IMG/VR virus record: IMGVR_UViG_3300030397_000563
Span: 1-38,417 of that record
Strand: one strand, 5' to 3'
DNA from: a virus
Lineage: Duplodnaviria; Caudoviricetes
DNA length: 38,417 nucleotides
Shown here: piece by piece, positions 16,199-25,168 of the stretch
Position numbering within the stretch: the first letter of the stretch is position 1
How the letters are laid out: every line of letters starts with the position of its first letter
The notes under the pieces: generated by a model
Seen by the model: the letters and a program-made list of their open reading frames with translations, nothing else
Databases searched by the model: none
What the model was told of the DNA's origin: nothing
Translations under genes and position numbers: made by a program

Positions 16199-16502
16199 AA
16201 CAGACTATTTGAATGATTGCTTAGCTAAATGTTTAGGATCTTACCTTCAAGGAAGTAAGTCTTGTAATGCACAACTTGCTCTTGATATGAAACTGGACGT
16301 TTTAAGACAAGAATATGATGTTTCTTTATATGAACCTTTGAATATGTTTTTTAATTATGCTTTTGCAGAAGAAGGTTGCGTGGGTAGAGTTGATGCATAC
16401 GATAATAAAGTTACAGGTCTTTCAGGGGACACTCTATGTGATAGGGTTAAAGTTTTACTCATTCCAATTATTGAAGAGGACGATTCTGCAGAACCATGTT
16501 AA
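16176..16502 (+). CDS. Hypothetical protein
   Basis: GAGGAGG RBS. Confidence 0.6.
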   Translation: MKELPKNETDYLNDCLAKCLGSYLQGSKSCNAQLALDMKLDVLRQEYDVSLYEPLNMFFNYAFAEEGCVGRVDAYDNKVTGLSGDTLCDRVKVLLIPIIEEDDSAEPC

Positions 16503-16828
16503 AACATGATTTTCATTTAGACGTCTTAATAAATGATTTATCCTTAGTTGAGGAGAAACCTAATGATATAGAGTGGATTATGAAGGAAGGCATATGGATG
16601 CAACAAGGATCTACAGACCGCTTAAAACTCTGCGATATTATCTGTGTGTATTATGGTCAAAGAGCCACGTGCTTAGAACTTAAAAGTAGTAGGAAAAAAA
16701 GAAGTAATGGGATAGAACAATTGTATCATGGGGAACTTTTTGTACGTAAAAACTTAGGCATTTCTAAAATAACCAAGAAGATGGTTTATTATTCTAACAA
16801 AGGGTACAATTGGGAAAACATATTATAA
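16496..16828 (+). CDS. PD-(D/E)XK-like nuclease
   Basis: KH...LCDII...CLELKSS...EQL. Confidence 0.6.
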   Translation: MLKHDFHLDVLINDLSLVEEKPNDIEWIMKEGIWMQQGSTDRLKLCDIICVYYGQRATCLELKSSRKKRSNGIEQLYHGELFVRKNLGISKITKKMVYYSNKGYNWENIL

Positions 16829-16871
16829 ATAATACGTATATTATTCATAGTACGAATAAGATTTTTTTTGA

Positions 16872-16915
16872 GAAAGTATTATATACACGTTATGCCAAAC
16901 ACTCTTTTAAAGAGT
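16872..16915 (+). promoter_or_regulatory. BRE-TATA promoter with downstream 15-bp palindrome
   Basis: GAAAGTATTATATACAC after a T8 tract; ACTCTTT-T-AAAGAGT at 16901-16915. Confidence 0.6.
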
Positions 16916-16926
16916 TGGTATAAAAG

Positions 16927-17217
16927 ATGAATATTAAAGAAAGAGCTGAAAATAGCAATGAAGAAACGATAGTTATTGAAAAAGAGCTGGTAAGCATAAA
17001 AGAACACTTGGCTTTAAACAAGATCCTCATAGGAAAGGATAAAGAAACACAGGGCATAAGTGGAGGATTCTTTAAGATTGTAAATAACACCCTTCAATTA
17101 CACACGTTCACAAAGGTCGAAGACAAAAAGAAATGGCAAAGATTCCTCATGCTGGACGCTTTACCTGAAGAAATTGAAAGAAATAGAAAACTAAACGTGC
17201 TTGAGACCAAAAAATGA
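16927..17217 (+). CDS. Hypothetical protein
   Basis: 96-aa ORF following the promoter. Confidence 0.6.
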   Translation: MNIKERAENSNEETIVIEKELVSIKEHLALNKILIGKDKETQGISGGFFKIVNNTLQLHTFTKVEDKKKWQRFLMLDALPEEIERNRKLNVLETKK

Positions 17218-17823
17218 ATGACGAAGTTTCGAGAAAAAAAAGGATTACGATTAAGGGAATGCAGGATACTGATAAGTAGAGCGTGTAGACCTATTTTCAA
17301 AACAAGACATAAGCAAACCTTTGCGTGTGAGCATTGCAAAGCGTACCTAAATTTCCTTCAATTAAGCATAAAGGAGTGGATAACTATGGAAAAAGAAAAA
17401 AAACAAGAAATCAAAGAAGAAATAACCATTGAATGGTTGAACAAAGACGAGTGCAACGTTACTATGGATGTGGAAAACCCTATTAAAGATAAGGATGGAA
17501 ACACGATAGGAACGAGTTCTAAAAAGAACGTGCAAAAAAGCACAGCAAACGAGATCCTGGAAGGGATAGAAGAAATAAAAGGTCGCATTGTTAAATCTCA
17601 ACAAACCATCAAACAGTTAGAGAAACAATTGGCAGACATGGGAAAAATACCTGAAAAAACCCCAGAGATAGTACGGTTAAAGAAAAACTTGGATTCTTTA
17701 CAAGCAATAATACAATCAGATCAAGCTAAAAACAAGCTTAAAGCACAAGAACTCCAAGTAAAACTGGACAGCGAAGCATTAGAAAAACACAAAAAAATGT
17801 TAGAAGACAGACCAACCAAATAA
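17218..17823 (+). CDS. Zinc finger plus coiled-coil protein (strong alternative start at 17386)
   Basis: C...C...CEHC N-terminus; AAGGAGTGG RBS before in-frame ATG 17386. Confidence 0.6.
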   Translation: MTKFREKKGLRLRECRILISRACRPIFKTRHKQTFACEHCKAYLNFLQLSIKEWITMEKEKKQEIKEEITIEWLNKDECNVTMDVENPIKDKDGNTIGTSSKKNVQKSTANEILEGIEEIKGRIVKSQQTIKQLEKQLADMGKIPEKTPEIVRLKKNLDSLQAIIQSDQAKNKLKAQELQVKLDSEALEKHKKMLEDRPTK

Positions 17824-17921
17824 AAAGCAAACTCTTTCAGATCAGGCATGAAATGAAGAGAACCTCCTAAGTGAAGGAAACAACCTGAGCAAGTTACAAA
17901 ACTGCTCACCCCACCTCCCAA

Positions 17922-18131
17922 ATGACACAAAAACCATTATTCCAAACCATCACAGAAAAACCAGTAAGAAAGAAAGACTCATACTTACGAAACTGTAAAA
18001 GATGCAAAAAAACATTCAACACCCCATACAAAAGAGGAAAAATATGCCCGAACTGTTACGCAAGAAACAACGGAAGATGGGGCAAACACTTCAAAAAACA
18101 AAAAGACACTATAAGAGGTAAGAACAAATGA
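17922..18131 (+). CDS. Small basic zinc-finger protein
   Basis: CKRC...CPNC; ATGA coupling to TerS. Confidence 0.65.
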   Translation: MTQKPLFQTITEKPVRKKDSYLRNCKRCKKTFNTPYKRGKICPNCYARNNGRWGKHFKKQKDTIRGKNK

Positions 18132-18640
18132 AAAGAAAAATTTCCCAAATCCTTCCCAAAACACAATATGATCAAAAAGAATGGGAAGAACCACTTAAAG
18201 GAACGAAATGGTCAAGAGAAGATCGTACAAGAAAGCTTAAAGAGTTAGGTCTTGAGATTGGTTTGTTTAATCTTCACCGTGGTGCTTTGGCTAAAATGTT
18301 AGGGGTGAGTAGAAGAACTCTTTATGATGACATTCAGAGGATTTATGCCAGTGGTGTGGATCGTAAAGCTTTAGATTATGGAACGGTGGATTTAAACAAC
18401 TTGCTTGATAAGAGTATTCGAGAAATACACGATGTGCTTAATAAGGGAAATCCTATGGAGCGGTTGAGGGCGGCTAATGCTGCAGCTTCCATTGTTCAGT
18501 CTAAAACAGATTTCATGGAAAGGTACGGGTTTAAGGACATTATAAGCCCTATAGAGGATAGTAAAATAGAAATCACTTTTAAAGAACCTGAATGGTTGGT
18601 CGAGGGAAGGAAGAATGCTAAAAATGGAAAGCGTAAGTAG
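18128..18640 (+). CDS. terS: Terminase small subunit (HTH)
   Basis: HTH RGALAKMLGVSRRTLYDDI; immediately upstream of TerL. Confidence 0.65.
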   Translation: MKRKISQILPKTQYDQKEWEEPLKGTKWSREDRTRKLKELGLEIGLFNLHRGALAKMLGVSRRTLYDDIQRIYASGVDRKALDYGTVDLNNLLDKSIREIHDVLNKGNPMERLRAANAAASIVQSKTDFMERYGFKDIISPIEDSKIEITFKEPEWLVEGRKNAKNGKRK

Positions 18641-19919
18641 GGAAAGTCCTTCTTATCAACTTCCTTATGAACCTCATGAGAAACAAATGCCTTTTCACAT
18701 AAGTGAGGTAAAGTTTAAAGCAGCTATTACTGGTGTGGGTTTTGGCAAGAGTGCTATGGGATCTAATGAATTATTGTTTAATGCTCTTAAATATCCTAAA
18801 GCCATGCACTTAATTCTTGCACCCACGAGTAAGATCATGCATTATGCCACTCTTGCTCAGTTTTGGAAGTTTTGCCCTAAACAGTTTGTAAAAGCCCATA
18901 TTAAGAGTCAGAACATAATTTATTTAGTTAATGGAGCAAGAATTATTTATCTTACTGCGGACAATGAAAGACACATTGATAGATTAAGAGGTATTGAGAT
19001 AGGTAGTTTTTGGGTGGATGAAGCAAGACTCATGCCAAGTTATGTATGGGAGATCTTGCTCACTCGCTTAAGAGATAAAAAAGGAGCATTAAAAGGGTGC
19101 GTTACTACAACTCCTCATGGTTTTGACTGGCTTTACTGGTACTTTATCAAGAAAAGACATCCTCGAACAAAAGAAGAATTATCAAATTCTAAAGATTATG
19201 AAGTTTTTACAGGAAGTAGTCTGGACAACCCATTCACACCTGAAGAGTACAAGGAAACTTTAGTGAATCAATTCAGCGGTAAGTTTTCCCGACAAGAAAT
19301 TTATGGAGAATTCGTAGGATTTGAAGGACAGGTTTATGACAATTTCAGACACAAACTTCATATGATAAATGAAGAAAACGTACCAAAGAAGATGAAAGAA
19401 TACATTTGCGCCATAGACTGGGGGTTCACAAATCCTATGGTAGGACTCATTATAGGATTTGACAATGACGATAGAGCATACGTGTTGGAAGAATATTATC
19501 GGAAAAGGCAAGAACCAAAGAGTTTGGGAAACTGGCTATTAAAACAAAGAGAAAAATACCCTTTCACTATAGGATACCCTGACCCAAGCGAACCCATGAT
19601 GATCCAACAATTACAAAACATGGGCTTAAACCTTGTCAAAGCATCCAACTCAATAATGCCAGGAATAAACTTTGTTTACTCTATGTTCGAAGTAGCAAAG
19701 GATGGAAAGCCAAGACTTTATGTGCATGAAAAATGCGAGAATCTTATAGATGAAATAAACGTGTACAAGTACGCAAATCCTAAAGAAGGTAAAATGCAAA
19801 AAGAAGAACCTGAAAAAAGTAACGATCACGCTTGTGATGCTTTAAGATATGGTTTGTACACGCACAAAGGAGAAAGAGGTAATTTCACAGTACTGGATTC
19901 ATCAGGCGGAATGTTTTAG
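18615..19919 (+). CDS. terL: Terminase large subunit
   Basis: Walker A TGVGFGKS, Walker B FWVDEAR, coupling motif TTTP, nuclease AIDWG...PDPS...DHACDALRY. Confidence 0.95.
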   Translation: MLKMESVSRESPSYQLPYEPHEKQMPFHISEVKFKAAITGVGFGKSAMGSNELLFNALKYPKAMHLILAPTSKIMHYATLAQFWKFCPKQFVKAHIKSQNIIYLVNGARIIYLTADNERHIDRLRGIEIGSFWVDEARLMPSYVWEILLTRLRDKKGALKGCVTTTPHGFDWLYWYFIKKRHPRTKEELSNSKDYEVFTGSSLDNPFTPEEYKETLVNQFSGKFSRQEIYGEFVGFEGQVYDNFRHKLHMINEENVPKKMKEYICAIDWGFTNPMVGLIIGFDNDDRAYVLEEYYRKRQEPKSLGNWLLKQREKYPFTIGYPDPSEPMMIQQLQNMGLNLVKASNSIMPGINFVYSMFEVAKDGKPRLYVHEKCENLIDEINVYKYANPKEGKMQKEEPEKSNDHACDALRYGLYTHKGERGNFTVLDSSGGMF

Positions 19920-19935
19920 AAAATCATATAAATAA
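19920..19935 (+). promoter_or_regulatory. Late promoter motif (1 mismatch)
   Basis: AAAATCATATAAATAA upstream of portal. Confidence 0.7.
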
Positions 19936-19961
19936 ACTATTCAGGTTTATTATAGTCTCAA

Positions 19962-22232
19962 ATGAAATGGTTCGAACCCGTAAGCAAAGCAGCATCAAAA
20001 ATCCTTAAAAAATATGAGGATATAAAGCTGAATATAGAAAAACAAAAGCGACTTAGTGTTTACCTCAAAGAATTATTAACCCCATACGGGGGAAAGCGTT
20101 GGAGTTCTGATGGCATTCATGTAATGCCTGAGTTCCCTTATGGAACAGATGCCCTTTATGAATTATCTTATGGAAGCGACACTCTCACCATCATTCACAC
20201 AAGTTTAAGACGTGAAATTTTTAGAAACGGTTATGATGTTTTAGAAGCGGACATGACCACAGAACAAGTGACCACAAGCGAAGAAGAAGAAGAAGCAGGT
20301 CAGGTAATGAGTCGTAAAGAAATTCTTGAAATACTTGAAGACATTAATGAGAACGGTCAAAGCATAGAGGACGTGCAAGGAGAGATAGAAGATGACCTCA
20401 ACATTATGGATGACGGTTTTATGCTTTTCTTTTTCGAGTACATATTCAACAGTAAAGGCGAAATTGTAGATAAGGTTTTCAAACAAGCCAAAAGAGGTGA
20501 TCCTCGATACATGGGTCTTGTAATGAACAAGTATGATGAACCAGGATATGACGATGAAGGAAACGAAATCTTAGTAAGTCCTGTAGACCGTACTGAGATC
20601 ATTCTTAAACCTCGAGACAGTAATGAAACAGTTTATGACAAGCACGGATACAAGTGTTATAGAGCTCACTATTTTGGTATGCGAGGAGCAGACAAAGTCT
20701 ACTATTTCAAAGATGAAGTAGCTTTTAAGAGTAAGTTCAGACCCAGCAAGAGACGTGGTAAAAGTCCAGTAATGACTTTATGGCAAAAAACAAGAACGCT
20801 TCTTTTCATGGATAAGTACATGATGGAAATGTACACTCAACAAAGACCTCCTAAAGCAGGTTTGTTCTTTAAAACAGGAAATCAAGAGGGTTTAGAAAAA
20901 GCGTGGGAGACTGCAAAGCTTCGTGCTAACGAAAACCCTCACCACCCAGTAGTTATGGGCGTACCGAATCAAGATAATGGGACTGGATTTGTAGAATTTA
21001 TTGATTTTATGAAATCACTTGATGAAATGCAGTATGGAGAAACCCGTAAAGAGATGAGACAACAAATGGGTGCTTTATACGGGGTAGAACCTGTTTTCCA
21101 AAATGATATTTCTACAAGCGGTGGATTAAACAATGAAGGAATGCAAATCACCGTAACGAACAGAGCAGTAGAACACGCTCAAAACATTCATAACTATTTT
21201 TTGAAGAAACTTGCAGAAGCTATGGGTGCAAAAGGATGGCATATAATGCTCAACCCAAGTGAAGAACAAGATGAAATGGCAGAACTGGAAAGACAACGTT
21301 TAACTCTTGAAAACGGTAGTGCTGCTTTAAGTCTTGGCTTAGAAGCAGAGTATGATGAAGATAGTGGAAAGGTAATTATTAAACCTGGTAGTTTAGAAAG
21401 AAGTAGTTTCCCGTTTGCTGGTTCTCCGTTTGATAGTTCTTCACCCCCCTCGGATAGTGATGCGACAAGCGGAGCTCCAGCAACTCCTGTCACTAACAAG
21501 AATGTGGAGAAGAAGGCAAGAAGTGGTTTTACCAGTATATCTTCAATTCTTAAAAATTCTATAAACAAAATATTTTCCAAACTTAAAGATTACAAAGAGG
21601 AAGACTTGCAACAAGTTGCGAATAAGATAAATCTTGAATTGAGAACTGAAATGCAGGACAAGACTTCCGAAATGTTTAAGAGAGCTTATTCTAAAAACGC
21701 AGATGAAGTCAGTAAAGAGTTAGGGGTCAATTTCGTTTTTGATGTAGTGGATGAAAACGCTTTAGTTGCTCTTGCAAGTCAAAGGGTGCTTAAAGAAGCA
21801 TACGCTGGAATTGCGGACAACCTATCTCAAAAAGTTCATGAAATAATTAGAAAAGCTTATAGGACTCCTAAAGGTTTGAACGTTCAAGAAATAACTGCAC
21901 AAATAGAAGAAGCTGCTAAGGTTGCAGATCATAGGGCTGAGAACATTGCAAGAACAGAAATGGGCAAGGTGAGTGCTGCAGCTCGTAAGAATTCTTATGC
22001 TAAAGCTGAAGGTTCTGAAAACTTCTTATTCAAACACATAGGTCCGAGTGATGACAGAACTACTGGTGTGAGTAAGAGGATTAAAGAACGTACTTCTAAA
22101 GGTGTGTCTTGGGAAGAGTACGTGAAGATTGTTAAAGAGGAGAGTGCTAAGGACTTTCCTGAGTGGACTGTGGATAAAGAATTTCCTGTAAGTCATTATC
22201 AGAGTAGACACACGTTTGTAAGAGTGGTTTAG
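19962..22232 (+). CDS. Portal protein fused to C-terminal Mu gpF/SPP1 gp7-like head morphogenesis domain
   Basis: Position after TerL; GKSP, PPKAGL, MGALYGVEP, GGLNNEG portal motifs; S/P-rich linker; RAENIARTE...GPSDDRTT...HYQSRH. Confidence 0.85.
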   Translation: MKWFEPVSKAASKILKKYEDIKLNIEKQKRLSVYLKELLTPYGGKRWSSDGIHVMPEFPYGTDALYELSYGSDTLTIIHTSLRREIFRNGYDVLEADMTTEQVTTSEEEEEAGQVMSRKEILEILEDINENGQSIEDVQGEIEDDLNIMDDGFMLFFFEYIFNSKGEIVDKVFKQAKRGDPRYMGLVMNKYDEPGYDDEGNEILVSPVDRTEIILKPRDSNETVYDKHGYKCYRAHYFGMRGADKVYYFKDEVAFKSKFRPSKRRGKSPVMTLWQKTRTLLFMDKYMMEMYTQQRPPKAGLFFKTGNQEGLEKAWETAKLRANENPHHPVVMGVPNQDNGTGFVEFIDFMKSLDEMQYGETRKEMRQQMGALYGVEPVFQNDISTSGGLNNEGMQITVTNRAVEHAQNIHNYFLKKLAEAMGAKGWHIMLNPSEEQDEMAELERQRLTLENGSAALSLGLEAEYDEDSGKVIIKPGSLERSSFPFAGSPFDSSSPPSDSDATSGAPATPVTNKNVEKKARSGFTSISSILKNSINKIFSKLKDYKEEDLQQVANKINLELRTEMQDKTSEMFKRAYSKNADEVSKELGVNFVFDVVDENALVALASQRVLKEAYAGIADNLSQKVHEIIRKAYRTPKGLNVQEITAQIEEAAKVADHRAENIARTEMGKVSAAARKNSYAKAEGSENFLFKHIGPSDDRTTGVSKRIKERTSKGVSWEEYVKIVKEESAKDFPEWTVDKEFPVSHYQSRHTFVRVV

Positions 22233-22283
22233 TTATAACATAGTTAGTATATACGTGTCGTTACGAAAACGTTCAATTCTGCA

Positions 22284-22299
22284 AAAGTCATATAAATAA
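22284..22299 (+). promoter_or_regulatory. Late promoter motif
   Basis: AAAGTCATATAAATAA; TATA begins 28 nt before ATG 22319 (leaderless spacing). Confidence 0.8.
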
Positions 22300-22318
22300 G
22301 TTTCCCGAAAAATAAGCT

Positions 22319-22720
22319 ATGGCTAAAAACGAGGATGTTATCTTAAAAGAAATCGACAAGAAAATGGACGATTTTATAGACACAGTCTTTGGAATGAGCC
22401 AACAAGCCCTCGTAGACCAACAAAAGATAGATACGGGAAACCTTCTTAAAAGTGGTAATGTGAGAAGATCTTTCTTGGAAAAAGAAATTATTTATAGTGC
22501 TCCTTATGCGGATGTTATAGAGTACGGGAGAAGTCCTGGAACTATGCCTCCTTTTGAGGTGCTCTTTAAATGGGTGCGTAGAAAACTGGGTGTTCGAAAC
22601 GTGAAAAAGGCAAGAAGTATTGCTTATGCTATAGCTCTTTCTATAAAGAAAAGAGGTATAATGCCAAGCCCTTACCTTTACAACAGCGTTCAGAAAGCCA
22701 GAGGAGAATTTAAACTATGA
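22319..22720 (+). CDS. HK97 gp10-like neck/tail completion protein
   Basis: IDTGNLLKS, YSAPYA..IEYG, PPF, PYL motifs. Confidence 0.8.
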   Translation: MAKNEDVILKEIDKKMDDFIDTVFGMSQQALVDQQKIDTGNLLKSGNVRRSFLEKEIIYSAPYADVIEYGRSPGTMPPFEVLFKWVRRKLGVRNVKKARSIAYAIALSIKKRGIMPSPYLYNSVQKARGEFKL

Positions 22721-24003
22721 AAGAAGAAATACTATTTATAAAAAAACAGTTAGAGAACGATTTGAAACCTTTATCTACTGATGAAGTTCTTTTAATCTTT
22801 GAAACAACAGACGATCTGAGCATTATTAAGAACGCTGTAGAAATGGCTGAAGAAAGACTTTATGTGAGTTGGGGAAGTGTTGAAACCAAAGATAAAGCAG
22901 GGGAACTTATTCCTATTGATTCTTTAGTGCAACAACAAGAAACGTTGCTTAAACGAGGCGGAAGCATAACAGACCAACACAGCAACAGAGTGGTTGGGAA
23001 AACGTGTGCGTACAAAGTTTTAGAACACCCGAAAAGCGGAACGCTGGGAGTTCTTAATTTGAATAAGATTTATGACGATAACAGCTTAGACACTAAAGTG
23101 TGGGGTGAGATTGTTAGTGGTGAAAGAAAAGGCAGTAGTGTGGGAGGAATCAATGAAGGACTTCCAACTATTGGACGGGATGAAGCAGGAAACCCTGTGA
23201 AAGTGCTTGGATCTTTTCAACAAATGGAAACCGCAACAGTTTTTGACCCTTGCAACCCACTTGCTCTTAATGAAGCATTTAGCGTAGTAGCTAAAAGTAA
23301 TGTAGTAAAAGGAAAAGACAAGCTTGTACAAGCAGTTCTTAATAAACTTCCAAGCGTTATTGAGGAAGCATACGAGGAAGCATACCCTGAAGGAAAAGAT
23401 GAAAAAGCAAGTGAAAAGAGCAAAAGTCATATAAATAAGGACGGGGAAAATAATGTTATTAAAACCCAACAAGAAAAAAGGGGGATACCTATGGAAACAA
23501 AAACAGAAGAAAATTTTGATGTAAAAAAAGAACTTTCTGATATTGCTGAAACGATCAAAGGATTTAAAGAAGAAATGGGCAAAATCTCAGAAAAGATAAG
23601 CGTTCTCGAAAAGCAAGATGCTGAAGAGGATGAAAAAGAACCTGAAGTTGAAGAAAAGAAAAAAGTTGCTAAGCAAGAAGCTTCATCCGATATTGAAGGA
23701 GAATCAGATGGTGAACAACCTGAAGAACCTGTCGGAGAGGACAGCAACGATAAAGATGTCTACAAAAAAGTAGAAGAAAGAATGAAAGCTATGGAAGAAA
23801 ACATTACTAAAATGGTTAGTTCCAAGTTAGAAATGGTAAATAAAGCTTCCACACCTAAAATTGGTGGATTTAAAGATGTTAAGAAAGCTGAAGAGTTTTC
23901 ACAAACACCTTTGGAAATCGCTACTGGTCAAAAGAAGCTTTCTATGATTGAAGTGCATAAAGCATTTAATGCACATGAAAAAAATAAGGAAGGTGTGTAC
24001 TAA
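22717..24003 (+). CDS. Prohead protease with C-terminal scaffold region
   Basis: SVETKDKAGE, QHSNRVVG (His), GSSVGG (Ser), PCNP; acidic coiled-coil C-terminus; directly before MCP. Confidence 0.85.
   Translation: MKEEILFIKKQLENDLKPLSTDEVLLIFETTDDLSIIKNAVEMAEERLYVSWGSVETKDKAGELIPIDSLVQQQETLLKRGGSITDQHSNRVVGKTCAYKVLEHPKSGTLGVLNLNKIYDDNSLDTKVWGEIVSGERKGSSVGGINEGLPTIGRDEAGNPVKVLGSFQQMETATVFDPCNPLALNEAFSVVAKSNVVKGKDKLVQAVLNKLPSVIEEAYEEAYPEGKDEKASEKSKSHINKDGENNVIKTQQEKRGIPMETKTEENFDVKKELSDIAETIKGFKEEMGKISEKISVLEKQDAEEDEKEPEVEEKKKVAKQEASSDIEGESDGEQPEEPVGEDSNDKDVYKKVEERMKAMEENITKMVSSKLEMVNKASTPKIGGFKDVKKAEEFSQTPLEIATGQKKLSMIEVHKAFNAHEKNKEGVY
23423..23438 (+). promoter_or_regulatory. Late promoter motif internal to the protease gene
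   Basis: Perfect AAAGTCATATAAATAA inside coding sequence. Confidence 0.75.
23491..24003 (+). CDS. Nested in-frame scaffolding protein (170 aa)
   Basis: AGGGGG RBS and ATG 23491 in frame with the protease, downstream of the internal promoter motif. Confidence 0.65.
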   Translation: METKTEENFDVKKELSDIAETIKGFKEEMGKISEKISVLEKQDAEEDEKEPEVEEKKKVAKQEASSDIEGESDGEQPEEPVGEDSNDKDVYKKVEERMKAMEENITKMVSSKLEMVNKASTPKIGGFKDVKKAEEFSQTPLEIATGQKKLSMIEVHKAFNAHEKNKEGVY

Positions 24004-25127
24004 TGGAATTCACAACTGTAAACCAACTTCTTGAACACTTTTATGGACCTCAACAGGTTATGAAAGCGGATGCTCCAGTAATAAGTACTACTACGGGAGT
24101 TTACAACGCTATTTATGGTGCTCAAGCTTTTAGTCAATTAAACAATGAAGCAAACGCTTTTGCTCTTTTACCTAAACGTCCTTGGACGAAAAGTGGTTGG
24201 AGAGTAATTACTGCTGATGCAGGTTCAAGTGCTGATGGTGGTCTTGCTGAAAACGCAACTTTACCTGACACTACAAAACCTACCTTTGCAGAAATTAGTA
24301 CGAAAGCTAAGCAAGTAGGACACACGTTTGATGTGAGTTTCTTACAAGAAGGATATGTGAACAAAGGCGACGATGCTATTGGTGACATGGAATTCTTAAG
24401 AGGATACTTTGCAACCAAACACGCTAAAGCGATTAACCAACAATTATTAGTAGATGCTGACACCCTTGCAGGTAACAGTTTCGAAAGTATTGATAGGGTT
24501 GCTTTTAGTGCAGCTGCTAACACTGCTTTATCTTACACTTCTGGAGATGAAGACATCTACGGAATTGATAGAAGTGCGAACAGTTGGGCTGATGCTGTAG
24601 TAGACCACAATAGTGGAACTGACAGAAACCTTACTGCTGATTTGATCAGAGACACCCTTGCAACTTTGGAAACTAACGGTGCAAGAACAAACGTTATCCT
24701 TACGGGTAATGATACAAAGTATAAAATCTTTGGATTGTTCGAAAACCAAGTACGTTATCCTGGAGTTTTACAACAGGGACAAGTGGCTCAGATTGGTATT
24801 AATGGTGTGCAGACTGACGCAGGAATTACTGCAGGTGCAAGAGTTGCAACCTTGTGGGGAATCCCAATTTTTACGAGTCAAGCTGTAGCTCAAGACACTA
24901 TTAGTAGAATCTACTTGTTAGACACTACTGAGAACGAAGAAACAGGTGTGCCAAGACTTTTCATTGCCTTGTTATACCCTACAATGTACTTTGAGAGTGG
25001 TATGAGTGCTGCGAACCCAGATCCTTTCGCTGTTGATAGAACAGGAACTGAAGGTATGTACTACACTGCAGGAGAACTTATCTGTACGTTCTTCAAAGCT
25101 CAAGGAAGCATTCGTGACCTCCAATAA
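24003..25127 (+). CDS. Major capsid protein (HK97 fold), archaeal tailed-virus type
   Basis: KADAPVISTTTGVYNAIYG...SQLNNEANAFALLPKRPWTKSGWRVIT, FESIDRV, GELIC..F..QGSIRDL; follows protease. Confidence 0.92.
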   Translation: MEFTTVNQLLEHFYGPQQVMKADAPVISTTTGVYNAIYGAQAFSQLNNEANAFALLPKRPWTKSGWRVITADAGSSADGGLAENATLPDTTKPTFAEISTKAKQVGHTFDVSFLQEGYVNKGDDAIGDMEFLRGYFATKHAKAINQQLLVDADTLAGNSFESIDRVAFSAAANTALSYTSGDEDIYGIDRSANSWADAVVDHNSGTDRNLTADLIRDTLATLETNGARTNVILTGNDTKYKIFGLFENQVRYPGVLQQGQVAQIGINGVQTDAGITAGARVATLWGIPIFTSQAVAQDTISRIYLLDTTENEETGVPRLFIALLYPTMYFESGMSAANPDPFAVDRTGTEGMYYTAGELICTFFKAQGSIRDLQ

Positions 25128-25136
25128 GGGGGCACA

Positions 25137-25152
25137 TTTTTTTCCTTTTTTT
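25137..25152 (+). terminator. Oligo-T terminator after MCP
   Basis: T-rich tract just after the stop codon. Confidence 0.5.
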
Positions 25153-25168
25153 AAAGGAGGAATGATTT

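Noticed and set aside
19968-19980. GGTTCGAACCC, a tRNA T-arm-like string (GGTTCGAA also near 26192)
   Set aside because: No cloverleaf, acceptor stem or D-arm can be built; this copy lies in the portal coding start
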